From an uncultured Gemmatimonadaceae bacterium (GTDB taxonomy: Bacteria; Gemmatimonadota; Gemmatimonadetes; Gemmatimonadales; Gemmatimonadaceae): a stretch of DNA of 64,000 nt. The stretch lies in the NCBI GenBank assembly GCA_963781585.1, contig CAWAGQ010000013.1, positions 384,001 through 448,000 of the forward strand. The letters are read 5' to 3'. Every line of letters starts with the position of its first letter. Position 1 is the stretch's first letter. Position numbers and translations under genes: made by a program. The notes beneath the pieces are model-generated. The model searched no databases. It saw only the letters and a list, made by a program, of their open reading frames with translations, and was not told where the DNA came from. This document shows, piece after piece, positions 1-10,489 of the stretch.

Positions 1-238
1 CGTGCTCGTTGGCCGTTCCCAGCCCCTGCAGGAATCGTTCGAGACGCGCGCGCAGTCCGGAGAGTTCGGCGCGCACCTCCCGCGGCGTCGCCACGGGGGC
101 CGGTGCGAAATGGGGAAACAGCACGCCCAGCGCCACGCGGGTCAGCTCTTCAGCCTGCAATCCAGCCTGAGCAGGGAGCGGATATGTCGAGCGCGATGCC
201 GCAACCTGACTGACGAAATCTTCGATTGATCGATCCAT
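1..238 (-). CDS. 5' part of a gene running off the left edge; possibly serine O-acetyltransferase (CysE/EpsC-type N-terminus)
   Basis: My translation from ATG at 238: MDRSIEDFVSQVAASRSTYPLPAQAGLQAEELTRVALGVLFPHFAPAPVATPREVRAELSGLRARLERFLQGLGTANEH..., open to base 1. The 'LFPHF' helix resembles long-form serine acetyltransferase N-termini; the catalytic part is outside the window. Confidence 0.45.
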   Translation of the reverse strand, partial: MDRSIEDFVSQVAASRSTYPLPAQAGLQAEELTRVALGVLFPHFAPAPVATPREVRAELSGLRARLERFLQGLGTANEH

Positions 239-504
239 GGGAAGCGCGATCGAGCCATGCCAGCTAAATGACTGGAGCGTTCGGGAAGTTCCCGGTTCGG
301 CCTACTCAGCCTGCAGCGCCTGCCGGGATCAGCTCGTCCCCCACGCGGATCGGCGTCGACAGGGGATCGCGGCGTCTCGTATGGCGTGAGCGCCACGAAT
401 CGTGTTCATTGCCATTCTGCTCATCGTGCGCGCCGCCCGCTCCCGACGTTGACCCGGATGCGGCGGTCTGCTGGCGCGAAACGCCTGACCGAGGAACCGA
501 GATC

Positions 505-726
505 ATGTGTCGGAACATCAAGCAACTACGGCACGAGGACCATCCGCCCACCGACGAGGAGCTCAGCGGCGCCGCGCTTCAGTTCGTGCGCAAGATCAGC
601 GGATACCATAAACCGTCGCAGGCCAATCAGGCGGCATTCGACCAGGCCGTTCGCGATGTTGCCGAGGCGGGGCGCGTCCTGTTTCGATCCCTGCACGTTC
701 GCCACCACGCGGCAGCGGCCGGATAG
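505..726 (+). CDS. DUF2277-family small protein
   Basis: MCRNIKQL...PPTDEEL..AALQFVRKISG...PSQANQAAFDQAV matches the DUF2277 pattern; GAGGA upstream of ATG 505. Confidence 0.85.
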   Translation: MCRNIKQLRHEDHPPTDEELSGAALQFVRKISGYHKPSQANQAAFDQAVRDVAEAGRVLFRSLHVRHHAAAAG

Positions 727-793
727 GTCGGCACCGGCTCGCACGGGCCGTCCCTCCTGCAGCTCGCGCTTCACCGGGAAGAACGGAGATTCT

Positions 794-1582
794 GTGGACG
801 ATCGGTGGAAGTCCGGCGATGCCTACGAGGCGTTCATGGGTCGCTGGAGTCGGCGGCTCGCCGAAGTCTTCGTTGGGTGGCTCTCCCCCGGGCTGGGACT
901 GTCGTGGCTGGAGGTCGGTTGTGGAACCGGTGCGCTCACGTCTGCGATCTGCCGGCTGGCGGATCCTTCGGCGGTGGTGGCGTGCGACGCGTCGGCATCA
1001 TTCGTCGCGCACACGAAGGGTCACATTGCCGATCCGCGGGTGACGGTGGTAACCGCGGGGGCGGATGATCTTCCACGGACGGCGCCCGGATTCGACGCCG
1101 TCGCGTCCGGTCTGGTGCTCAACTTTCTGCCCGATCCACGCGAGGCGGTGGCCGGGATGCGAACGCGCACGCGGCCGGACGGCGTGGTCTCCGCGTACGT
1201 CTGGGACTATGCCGGCCGCATGCAGTTCCTACGGTACTTCTGGGACGCGGCGCTCGCCCTGGATCGTGGGGCGCGGAGTCTCGATGAAGGATTGCGATTT
1301 CCCATGTGTCGTCCGGACGCGCTTGAACAGATCTTTCGAGATGCGGGACTGCGGGACGTTCGGGCAGAGGCGGTCGAGATTCCCACGCGCTTCGAGTCGT
1401 TCGCGGACTACTGGCAGCCATTTCTTGGTGGCAGCGGACCGGCGCCGTCGTACGCGGCATCCCTGAGGGATGAGATGCGCGCTGCTTTGCGCGACCGCCT
1501 GGAGCGGAGCCTGCCACATGGCGCAACGGGCGAAATCGATCTGGTCGCACGGGCCTGGGCGGTTCGAGGCAGGGTAGTCTGA
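794..1582 (+). CDS. Class I SAM-dependent methyltransferase
   Basis: YEAFMGRWSR N-terminus, LEVGCGTGAL motif I, SGLVLNFLPD, YVWDY; GTG 794 after GGAG. Confidence 0.9.
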   Translation: MDDRWKSGDAYEAFMGRWSRRLAEVFVGWLSPGLGLSWLEVGCGTGALTSAICRLADPSAVVACDASASFVAHTKGHIADPRVTVVTAGADDLPRTAPGFDAVASGLVLNFLPDPREAVAGMRTRTRPDGVVSAYVWDYAGRMQFLRYFWDAALALDRGARSLDEGLRFPMCRPDALEQIFRDAGLRDVRAEAVEIPTRFESFADYWQPFLGGSGPAPSYAASLRDEMRAALRDRLERSLPHGATGEIDLVARAWAVRGRVV

Positions 1583-1653
1583 CCGCGGGCGAGATCGTTG
1601 GAGTGGCGTTCGGTTGCTGGCCCCGGGGGCGCAGGGGTCGGCGCGGGCGGAGT

Positions 1654-1682
1654 TTGCCAACGCGCGTGGGCACGGATAGCTT
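1654..1682 (+). promoter_or_regulatory. Candidate sigma-70 promoter for the NfeD/flotillin operon
   Basis: TTGCCA-17 nt-TAGCTT just upstream of the gene at 1719. Confidence 0.45.
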
Positions 1683-1718
1683 CGCCGTGCTGTTGATCCC
1701 GTCTTCCAGGCGTCCATT

Positions 1719-2333
1719 GTGGCGAGCGTCTTCCTCGGCTGTTTTGCGTTCGGCCTGCTGTTCACGGTTGCCAGCTTTCTCCTGGGCGCGTTCGGCGGCG
1801 GCCACCTGCACCTGCACGGCGCCGTTCACGACGGAGGCGCCGACCAGGCCGCGCACCACGCGAGCAGCGCCGGTGGCGCCCGGATCTCGCCCTTCAACGT
1901 CAGCGCGATCAGCGCATTTCTGACCTGGTTCGGCGGAGCCGGATACCTCCTCACGCGCTACTCGGGTCTGACGGCCATCGCGATCACGCTCGCGGCGACG
2001 GCGGTCGGCGTCGTGGGTGCCGGAACCGTGTTCGTCACCCTGTCGCGATTCATTCTGCCGCGCCTGACCGAGATGCGCTCCGAGGACTATCGGCGCGAGG
2101 GCGCGGTTGGGCGGGTCACCAGCCCCATTCGACTGGGTGGAACAGGCGAGATTGTCTACATGCTCGCCGGCACCCAGCAGATCGAAGGCGCGCGAAGTCT
2201 GACGGGTGAGGCGCTGGAGCGGGGCACCGAGGTGGTGATCCATCACGTAGAGGCCGGGATCGCGTACGTCGAGCGCTGGGACAAGTTCGCGGAGCAGAAT
2301 GCACTGCCCCCGGGCAACGGGGGCGATTCCTAG
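1719..2333 (+). CDS. NfeD/YqiJ-like membrane protein (flotillin partner)
   Basis: Three hydrophobic segments, His-rich loop, C-terminal OB-fold-like GEIVY...ARS...LERGTEVVI...GIAYV; directly upstream of flotillin. Confidence 0.8.
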   Translation: MASVFLGCFAFGLLFTVASFLLGAFGGGHLHLHGAVHDGGADQAAHHASSAGGARISPFNVSAISAFLTWFGGAGYLLTRYSGLTAIAITLAATAVGVVGAGTVFVTLSRFILPRLTEMRSEDYRREGAVGRVTSPIRLGGTGEIVYMLAGTQQIEGARSLTGEALERGTEVVIHHVEAGIAYVERWDKFAEQNALPPGNGGDS

Positions 2334-2348
2334 TTCGGAGAGTTTCAC

Positions 2349-3836
2349 ATGGACATCCTTTCCAGTCCGGTCGTCGTGGTCAGCGGACTCGCGGTCGCGG
2401 TCGTGCTCCTCATCCTCGCCTCGTTCGCGAGAATGTTGCGGAAGGTGGGGCCGAACCAGGCGCTGATCCGGTACGGCTTCGGCGGTACCCACATCGTCCA
2501 GGGCAGCGCCTCGATCGTGCTGCCGCTGCTGCACAGCGCGCAGGAACTGAGCCTCGAGCTAATGTCGTTCGATGTCGCGCCGGAGCAGGATCTCTACACG
2601 AATCAGGGCGTGGCGGTGAACGTCGAGGCTGTCGCGCAGCTCAAGATCAAGTCGTCGCCGGAGTCCATCCGCACCGCGGCAGAGCAGTTCCTTACCAAGA
2701 CGCCGCCCGCCCGCGACGCACTGATCCGCCTGGTCATGGAAGGCCATCTGCGCGGCATCATCGGCCAGCTCACGGTGGAGCAGATCGTCAAGCAGCCGGA
2801 GATGGTGGCCGATCGGATGCGCGCCAATGTGGCCGACGACGTGGCCAAGATGGGTCTGGAGGTCGTGTCGTTCACCATCAAGGAAGTGCGGGACAAGAAC
2901 CAGTACATCGACAACATGGGCCGCCCCGATATCGCGCGCATCAAGCGCGACGCCGACATCGCGGCGTCGGAGGCCGAGCGCGATACGGCGATGAAGCAGG
3001 CCGGGTACATGCGCGAGGCGGCCGTTGCCCGGGCCGAGGCCGACCAGGCCCGCGTGCAGGCCGAGACACTCTCGCTCGCGAATCAGGCCGAGGCGCAGAA
3101 GGATCTCGCCGTCAAGAAGGCGCAGTTCGAGGCCCTGGCCAAGACCCAGCAGGCGCAGGCCGACAAGGCCTACGAGATTCAGAGCAACATCATGCAGCAA
3201 CAGGTCGTGACCGAAGCGGTCAACGTGGAGCGCGTGCGCAAGGAAGGGGAGATCAAGGTCCAGGAGGCCGAGATCCAGCGACGCGCCCGCGAGCTGGAAG
3301 CAACGATCCAGAAGGATGCCGAGGCGCAGCGGCGGAAGATCGAGACCCTGGCCGAGGCCGAGCGTCAGCGACTCGCCCTCGAAGCGGCCGGGCGGGCGGA
3401 GGCGGTGAAGACGGAGGGCTCGGCCGCGGCAGATGTCATCCGGCTCAAAGGACAGGCGGAAGCGGAGATCATTCTGGTGAAAGGCAAGAGCGAGGCTTCG
3501 GCGATGCAGCTCAAGGCGAGCGCGTTCCTGGAGTACAACGAGGCGGCGGTGCTGGACAAGCTGTTCACCGGATTCCCCGAGGTGGTACGCGCGTTCGCCG
3601 AACCGCTCTCGAAGGTGGACAAGATCACGATCGTCTCGACGGGTGGCGACGGCAGCGCCGGCGTCCACAAGATCACGGGGGACATGGCGCAGATGGTCGC
3701 CCAGGTGCCGGCGCTTCTCGAGTCGCTGACTGGCAAGAAGATGTCGGAGCTCATGGAGCATGTGCGGAAGCTGAGCCCCTCCGAGACCGCCCCGAGCAAG
3801 GAGGTGCCGGCGCCGTCGGAGGCGAAGAAGAAATAG
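2349..3836 (+). CDS. Flotillin-family SPFH protein
   Basis: N-terminal TM, SPFH domain (VEAVAQLKI..IRTAAEQFL..MEGHLRGIIGQLTVEQI), AEA-rich coiled coil, EPLSKVDKITIVS tail. Confidence 0.95.
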   Translation: MDILSSPVVVVSGLAVAVVLLILASFARMLRKVGPNQALIRYGFGGTHIVQGSASIVLPLLHSAQELSLELMSFDVAPEQDLYTNQGVAVNVEAVAQLKIKSSPESIRTAAEQFLTKTPPARDALIRLVMEGHLRGIIGQLTVEQIVKQPEMVADRMRANVADDVAKMGLEVVSFTIKEVRDKNQYIDNMGRPDIARIKRDADIAASEAERDTAMKQAGYMREAAVARAEADQARVQAETLSLANQAEAQKDLAVKKAQFEALAKTQQAQADKAYEIQSNIMQQQVVTEAVNVERVRKEGEIKVQEAEIQRRARELEATIQKDAEAQRRKIETLAEAERQRLALEAAGRAEAVKTEGSAAADVIRLKGQAEAEIILVKGKSEASAMQLKASAFLEYNEAAVLDKLFTGFPEVVRAFAEPLSKVDKITIVSTGGDGSAGVHKITGDMAQMVAQVPALLESLTGKKMSELMEHVRKLSPSETAPSKEVPAPSEAKKK

Positions 3837-3851
3837 GCGGGGGATTCCGCC

Positions 3852-3880
3852 TTACAGGCCCCACGCGCTCGCGCTACAAT
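3852..3880 (+). promoter_or_regulatory. Candidate sigma-70 promoter for the 3907 hydrolase
   Basis: TTACAG-17 nt-TACAAT, then GAGGAGG RBS before ATG 3907; preceded by short hairpin GGCGG..CCGCC (3836-3851). Confidence 0.45.
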
Positions 3881-3906
3881 GTCCGCATCCTGAGGAGGAT
3901 GTCGCG

Positions 3907-6900
3907 ATGTTTCATCTGCACAGACCGCTTGCGGTTACCGCGTCCGCGCTGGTCGTGACCCTGGCCGGGGCGCGGAGCGTGGACTCCACTTCGTCGGTCG
4001 GCAGCAAGGTATCCGGGCCGGCGATCCGTCCGGCGTCGGCCCCGGTCTCCATCGACTCCGCCATCCTGCGCACCTACCAGTGGCGCAGCATCGGTCCGGA
4101 TCGCGGCGGCCGCTCGCTGGCGGTGAGCGGTGTGCGCGGGCGTCCCCTCGAGGGGTATTTCGGGGCCACCGGCGGAGGGCTGTGGAAGACGACCGACGGC
4201 GGGGAAAACTGGGAGCCGGTCACCGACGGACAGATCCACAGCGCGTCGGTGGGCGCGGTCGCGGTGTCCGAGTCCAATCCCGACATCGTCTACATCGGGA
4301 TGGGCGAAGCGTGCATCCGCGGCAACATCATGGCCGGCGATGGCGTGTACAAGTCGACCGACGCGGGAAAGACCTGGACCCACGTGGGGTTCGGAGCCGA
4401 CAGCAAGCAGACGATCGCCAAGATCCGCATCGATCCGCGCAACCCCGACGTGGTCTACGCGGCGGTGTTCGGCAACTACGGAGCGCCTAACGACGAGCGC
4501 GGCATCTACAAGACGAGCGACGGCGGGAAGACCTGGCGCCGGGTGCTGTTCCGGGACAACCGGACCGGGGGCGTGGACATCTCGATCGACCCGGGCAATC
4601 CCGGCGTGATCTACGCGGCGCTCTGGGAGGCGTACCGCAAGGAATACACGATGTCGAGCGGCGGTCCGGGGAGCGGGCTGTTCAAGTCGACCGACGCCGG
4701 CGAGCACTGGACCGAGATCACGCGCAATCCGGGCCTGCCGTCGGGCGTGGTCGGCAAGATCGGGGTGTCGGTGTCGGGCGCCGATTCCAACCGCGTCTAC
4801 GCGATCGTCGAGAACGACAATGGAGGCCTCTTCCGATCGGATGACGCCGGGAAGACATGGGCGCTGATCAACAGCGGCCGCAACATCCGGCAGCGTGCCT
4901 TCTATTACTCGCACGTGACCGCCGATCCGGTGCACCGGGACATCGTGTACGTGCAGAACGTCGGCACCTTCAAGTCGGTCGATGGCGGCAAGACGCTCGA
5001 AGAGCTTTGCCGGCGGCGACTCGCACGATCTGTGGATCGATCCCGACAACACGCAGCACATCATGCACGCCAGCGACGGCGGTGGGGCCGTGACCTACGA
5101 CGCCGACGCGCAGCAGCGCACCTGGAGCAGCCGCGCCTATCCCACCGGTCAGTTCTATCACGTCGTCACGACGAAGCACGTGCCCTACCACGTCTGCGGG
5201 GCCCAGCAGGACGCGAGCACGGTTTGTGTGCCGAGCGAGGCGGGATTCGGCGGGCGCGGTGGCGGCCGGGGCGGGCGCGGCGGTGGCGCGCCGCAGACCT
5301 ACAGTGCGGGCGGGAGCGAGCCCGGCTACATCGCGCCGGATCCCGGGGACATCGACGTCTTCTTTGCCGGCGCGAACAACGGCGGATTCCTCACGCGCGT
5401 CAACCGGCACACCGGCGAGTACCGCGAAGTAGGACCATACCCGCGGATGTTCTCCGGTGAGCCGTCGAGCGCCCTCAAGGAGCGGTGGCAGTGGACGTAC
5501 CCGATCGTCTTCTCGCCGGTCGATCCGACCGTGCTGTACACCTCGTCCCAGCACGTCTGGAAGACCACCAACGGCGGTCAGAGCTGGGTGCGGATCAGTG
5601 GGGACCTGACTCGCCACGACCCGTCGACGATGGGACCGTCGGGCGGGCCGATCACCCATGACATGAACGGGCCGGAGGTGTACGCGGTGGTGTACGCGCT
5701 GGCACCGGGCAAGCGGAGTGTGAACGTGCTGTGGGCCGGGTCGGACGATGGGCTGATTCAGGTGACCCGGAACGGAGGCGTGACCTGGACCAATGTGACG
5801 CCGAAGGAAATGCCCGACTTCGGCCGGGTGAGCATCATCGACGCGTCGGCATTCGACGACGGGTCGGCATACGTGGCGGTGAAGCGCCCGCTCCTGGACG
5901 ACGTGTCGCCGTACATCTTCCGCACCCACGACTACGGCCGGACCTGGACGAAGATCGTGAGCGGCATCGCGCCTAACGACTTCGTCCATGCGGTGCGCGA
6001 GGATCCCACGCGGCGCGGGCTGCTCTACGCCGGTACCCAGCACGGGGTCTACATCTCGTACGACGACGGCGACTCCTGGCAGTCGCTTTCGCTCAACCTC
6101 CCCGAGGTCCCGGTCTCCGACGTGGCGGTGGAGGATCACGATCTGGCTGTCTCCACGCACGGGCGCGGCTTCTACATTCTGGACGACATCGGTCCGCTGC
6201 GGCAATACACGCCCGAGGTCGCGGCCGCCACACCGTTCTTTCTGTTCAAGCCGTCTACTGCGATCCGGTCAGCCGGGGGCGCGAACATCAAGTATTGGCT
6301 GAAGCAGCCGGTGCGCAGCCTGACGATCGACATCCTCGACGGCAAGGGCGCATTGGTCCGGTCGTTCGAAGGTGCCCCGGGCGGTGAGCGGGGGGGACGC
6401 GGCGGAGCCGGTCGTGGTGGCAGGGGCGGTGGGGGCGGGGGTGGGGGAGGGTTCGGGCGCGGCGGCTTCGCCGCGGGTCCGTCGATGGCGCCCGGGCTCA
6501 ACACGCTCACCTGGGACCTCCAGTATCCTGGCGCGACGACGTTTCCCGGAATGATCCTCTGGGGAGCGAGCACGTCGGGGCCACTGGCGGTGCCGGGAAC
6601 GTATCAGGTGCGACTGGTTGCGGACGGGAAAACACAGACGCAGCCGCTGGTGGTGAAGAAGCATCCGCTCTACACGGATGTCACCCAGGCCGATCTCGAG
6701 GCGCAGTTCGCGCTCGCGATCCGGATTCGCGACAAGGTGAGCCAGGCCAACAACGCGGTGATCCAGATTCGCGACCTGAAGAGCCAGGTGGCCGATCGGC
6801 TTGGCAAGTCGCAGGACCCGCAGCTCAAGGCCGTCGCGGACTCGCTCACCGCGAACCTGAGCGCGGTGGAAGAGGAGATCTATCAGGTGCGAAATCAGAG

Positions 6901-7150
6901 CGGGCAGGATCCGCTCAACTTCCCCATCAAGCTCAACAACCGGTTGGCGTCGCTGTTAGGCGTGGTGGACCGGGGCGACGGGAAACCGATCGGCAACGCC
7001 GAACCGATCTTCACCGATCTCTCGGCCGAACTCAAGGTTCAGACCGACCGGCTGCAACACGTACTCGACACGGATCTTTCGAAACTCAACGAGGCGCTGA
7101 AGCGGCTCGGGCTGGACCCGGTCACCACGGGCGTGAAGGCGGTGTCATAG
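3907..7150 (+). pseudogene. Secreted BNR/Asp-box (Vps10/sortilin-like) beta-propeller putative glycosyl hydrolase, split by a +1 frameshift near 4999 (likely assembly indel)
   Basis: ORF 3907-5460 carries the signal peptide, WRSIGPDRGGR and repeated SxDxGxTW. Homologous sequence continues in ORF 4982-7150 (GGDSHDLWIDP, QFYHV, THGRGFYILDD). Removing one base in CTCGAAGAGC joins them. Confidence 0.88.
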
Positions 7151-7157
7151 CGCGGCG

Positions 7158-7703
7158 CTATCGGTCGCGCGCCGCGCGATCGATGGCGTTGGCGCGCCGG
7201 AATGCTTCGCTCCAGTCGATCTCGGGGGCGACCTCCTCATCGGCCAGCATGAGGCTCTCGCGTGCGCGCTGGACCACCGGCGCTCCCAGCTCAGGTGGCA
7301 GGGCGAGCCCGAATTCGAGCTCCGCACGCCGGCAGAGGCGCTCCTCGCGGGCGCGGTCGCGGCCGCTCCGGCGGACACCCATCCGGTCCACCCGGGCGTG
7401 CATCCCTTCGTGCACGATCGACGCGGCAACCGGTGCCGCCGAGATGTCGCGGCGCGCGAGAAAGGTCAGCTCGGTCATGCAGGTGCGTTGGTCCGGGAAG
7501 TACGCGCCGCGACAGGGATAGCGCACGACCGCGAACTGGGCGAGGTCGCGTTGCAGGTGGCGCAGGCGCCACGGCTGATAGCGCTCGATCAGGGCGAGCG
7601 ACTCGTCCAATCGGGCCAGCACGTCCCCGGTGGCGATGTCGGGACGCGTGTTGTCGACCACCACGGCAAAGCCGCGGATCTGATGGAATTCGGCGCCGGG
7701 CAT
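7158..7703 (-). CDS. Hypothetical protein with zincin-like HEXXH motif
   Basis: AASIVHEGMHARV followed by REERLCRRAELEF; coding-like codon usage. Confidence 0.7.
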   Translation of the reverse strand: MPGAEFHQIRGFAVVVDNTRPDIATGDVLARLDESLALIERYQPWRLRHLQRDLAQFAVVRYPCRGAYFPDQRTCMTELTFLARRDISAAPVAASIVHEGMHARVDRMGVRRSGRDRAREERLCRRAELEFGLALPPELGAPVVQRARESLMLADEEVAPEIDWSEAFRRANAIDRAARDR

Positions 7704-7767
7704 GGCGGGAGGGATGAGCCGGCGGTGGCGCGCCGGGTGCGCGCCGCCGCCCGCTGTCTCAAGATAC

Positions 7768-10356
7768 TCACTCGGTGCGCAGGAGATCGGCGGGGTTCCG
7801 GCAGAGCGCGCGGGCGGTGGGGACCAGGCTCGCCGTCAGCGACACGAGGAGCAGGAGCCCCGCCATCGAGACCATGACGCCGGGATCGCGCGGCGACGTC
7901 TGGAAGAGGAGGGGCCCGACCCATCGCCGGGCGGTGAGCGCCGCCGCCAGGCCCATGACAAGGCCGGCCGTGACCGTGATCAGAGCATCGCCCGCGACCA
8001 CCGCCAGGACATGCGCCGGCCGCGCGCCTAACGCGACACGGACCGAGACCTCGGTGGACCGTTGGGCGGCTGAGTAGGAGACTACGCCGTAGAGACCGAC
8101 GATCGCGATCACCAGTGCGATGGCGCCGAACAGCGAGAACATGCCCGCCGCCAGGCGCCAGGGGCGCATCTGGGGCTCGACGGCATCGCGGGCCGGTCGG
8201 ACCGTGATCGCCGGAAGGCCGCTGTGCACGCTCTGGACGGCGCGGCGCACCGCCGGCGCCGCAGCTGACGGATTGGTCCCGACGAGTACGTACATGAACC
8301 CCGGCCGCGATCCGGCCGAGGCACGCTGGTCGAGCGGGATGAATGCCTCGAGCGGCCCGCGATCGAGGATATCGCGCCCCATGAAGCCGCTCACCACGCC
8401 GACCACGCGCACGCAGCCGCCACGCTGGTCTCCCCACATGGTATAGGTCATGCACCGGCCGAGGGCATCCTCGTCCGGCCAGAGCAGTCGGGCCAGCGGC
8501 GCCGTGACAACGGTCACGCGCTCGGCGCCCGCCCGGTCCCGGTCGTCGAAGTCCCGCCCGCGGAGGGACCGGGTCGCGCCTAACGTCTGAAAGTAACCGC
8601 TGTCCACGGCCGTCAGGAATCCGGCCCGGGACGCGAGCGTCCACCAGTCGACGCCGCGCGTGGCGTCGGAACGGGGGGCGAAGGCGCCCAGACTGACGCG
8701 GCGCGCCGCCCGCTCCACGCCGGGCACCGCCGCCACGCGCGCCAGCATCTCCGCCGACGCGGTCTCGTAGTCCGCCCTCACCGGGAGCACGTCCCGGTTG
8801 AAGTCGAACCGCACTTCGAGCGTGCGGTCGAGATCGAGTCCCAGGTCGAGCGCCCGTACGCGCCGCAGACTGACCGCGAACAGACCGGCCCCCACCAGCA
8901 GCACGATGCACAGCGCCCCCTGCGTGGCGAGCAGCACCGTACGCGCGACCGACCCGCGCCGGCTGCCGGTCGTGGCCCCGGCCCGGAGCGCCAACGTCAG
9001 ATCCGGCGCCCTGGTCTGGAGCACCGGTGAGAGACTGATCAGCAGGCCCGTGCCTAACGCCGAGACGGCGGCGAAGCCGAACAGCCGCAGGCTGACGAAG
9101 CCGCCGCCGGCGAGGTCGGTCACGAACAGCCCTTGCAGCAGGTGGCCGCCGACACCGGTCACCGCCAGTGCCGCGACCCCACCCAGGCCGGCCAGAAGCA
9201 TCGCCTCGGTCATCAGCTGACGCGCCAGGCGCCCGCGACGCGCGCCAAGCGCGATCCGCACCGCGATCTCGCGCCGCCGCGAGATCACCCGCCCCAGCAG
9301 CAGATTCGCGACGTTGGCGCAGGCGATGAGCAGCACCAGCGCCGAGACACCGCCCAGCCAGAGCGCTACCTTCACTTCCCGTGGCGCATCGGGACCGCGG
9401 CCCCGAATCGCCGGCGCCGCGACGATGCGCGTCGCTGCCTCCTCGGCAGTCCTGGGCGGCATGTGGGAGCGAATCACCGCCGTGGCCGCATCCCCGGCCA
9501 GAGTCGCCGTCGCCCCGGGCCGCAGCCGCGCGACGATCGAGAGCCAGGTAGCATTCCGACCCGCCATCCAGAACATCGGGAACTCGATGCCCGCGACGGA
9601 CACCGGAAGCCAGACGTCGGGCATTTCCGCCTCGAGCCCCTGAAAGCGCGGAGGCGCCACGCCGACGATCGTGTACGTCTGGCTGCCGATGCGCGCCGAG
9701 CGACCTACCACACCGCTGTCGCCGGCGTACTGGCGTTGCCAGAAGTCGTGGCTGAGCACGGCCAGAGGCGGGCCGCCTGTCGTCTCGCCGGTCGGGTAGC
9801 CATCCGCTGGCGAGAACGTCCGGCCCAGCGCCGGCCGGATGCCCATCAGTGGAAAGAACGACGGCGCCACCAGGGTGGCGCGGATCCGGATCGCGTCGGG
9901 CCCCGAGCCGAACGAGAGAGGCAGGCTGGCGTAGCCGGTCGTGCCGCTGAAGGCGGAAACTTCGCGTGCCATGTCGAGCAGCGTTGGATAGTCCATCGCC
10001 GCACTTGCGAACGTCCCGCCGCCAGGGCGCGGGCCGACGTACAGGAGCCGCACTATGTTCTCAGGATCGGCCACCTGGGGCGGCGGCCGGAAGATGAGAC
10101 GGTCGATGGCCCCGGCCATGGTGACGTTCCCGCCGATGCCGATCGCGAGCGTGACGATGAGCAGGGCGGTGAGACCCGGCTCGCGCCGCAGCTGTCGGAG
10201 TGCATGGCGGACGTCGCGCGCTGCGTCGTCACGCCAGAGCAGGGCTGGCCGGTCCGGCCGGGGGAGGAAGAACCGCGTGTAGGAATCCGCCACCTGAGCT
10301 CCGGGCACGGAACGAGACGGGGCGAACTGGCCGGCCAGTGGGTGTCCGGCCCGCAC
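7768..10356 (-). CDS. Duplicated MacB/FtsX-type ABC permease (ADOP-like)
   Basis: DVRHALRQLRREPG, TLAIGIGGN, LVLLIACANVANLLL, RRREIAVRIALGA, second half GLYGVVSYSAAQRSTEVSVRVALGA, ends NPADLLRTE. Start uncertain. Confidence 0.92.
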   Translation of the reverse strand: MRAGHPLAGQFAPSRSVPGAQVADSYTRFFLPRPDRPALLWRDDAARDVRHALRQLRREPGLTALLIVTLAIGIGGNVTMAGAIDRLIFRPPPQVADPENIVRLLYVGPRPGGGTFASAAMDYPTLLDMAREVSAFSGTTGYASLPLSFGSGPDAIRIRATLVAPSFFPLMGIRPALGRTFSPADGYPTGETTGGPPLAVLSHDFWQRQYAGDSGVVGRSARIGSQTYTIVGVAPPRFQGLEAEMPDVWLPVSVAGIEFPMFWMAGRNATWLSIVARLRPGATATLAGDAATAVIRSHMPPRTAEEAATRIVAAPAIRGRGPDAPREVKVALWLGGVSALVLLIACANVANLLLGRVISRRREIAVRIALGARRGRLARQLMTEAMLLAGLGGVAALAVTGVGGHLLQGLFVTDLAGGGFVSLRLFGFAAVSALGTGLLISLSPVLQTRAPDLTLALRAGATTGSRRGSVARTVLLATQGALCIVLLVGAGLFAVSLRRVRALDLGLDLDRTLEVRFDFNRDVLPVRADYETASAEMLARVAAVPGVERAARRVSLGAFAPRSDATRGVDWWTLASRAGFLTAVDSGYFQTLGATRSLRGRDFDDRDRAGAERVTVVTAPLARLLWPDEDALGRCMTYTMWGDQRGGCVRVVGVVSGFMGRDILDRGPLEAFIPLDQRASAGSRPGFMYVLVGTNPSAAAPAVRRAVQSVHSGLPAITVRPARDAVEPQMRPWRLAAGMFSLFGAIALVIAIVGLYGVVSYSAAQRSTEVSVRVALGARPAHVLAVVAGDALITVTAGLVMGLAAALTARRWVGPLLFQTSPRDPGVMVSMAGLLLLVSLTASLVPTARALCRNPADLLRTE

Positions 10357-10489
10357 CAGTATGCGTCCCTCGGATTACGTGAGCGTGGGGCGAGGATTAC
10401 GAGTTGATGAAGATCGCGAGCGGCCGATCGCCGCGATTGCGCCGTTTCCGGCCTTCAGGATGTCTCGTCGGCGGCACGATCCGGCGTCT

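Noticed and set aside
240..500. SAM or cysteine-related riboswitch upstream of the putative serine acetyltransferase
   Set aside because: SAM-I or T-box consensus elements were not found by eye; Infernal would be needed.
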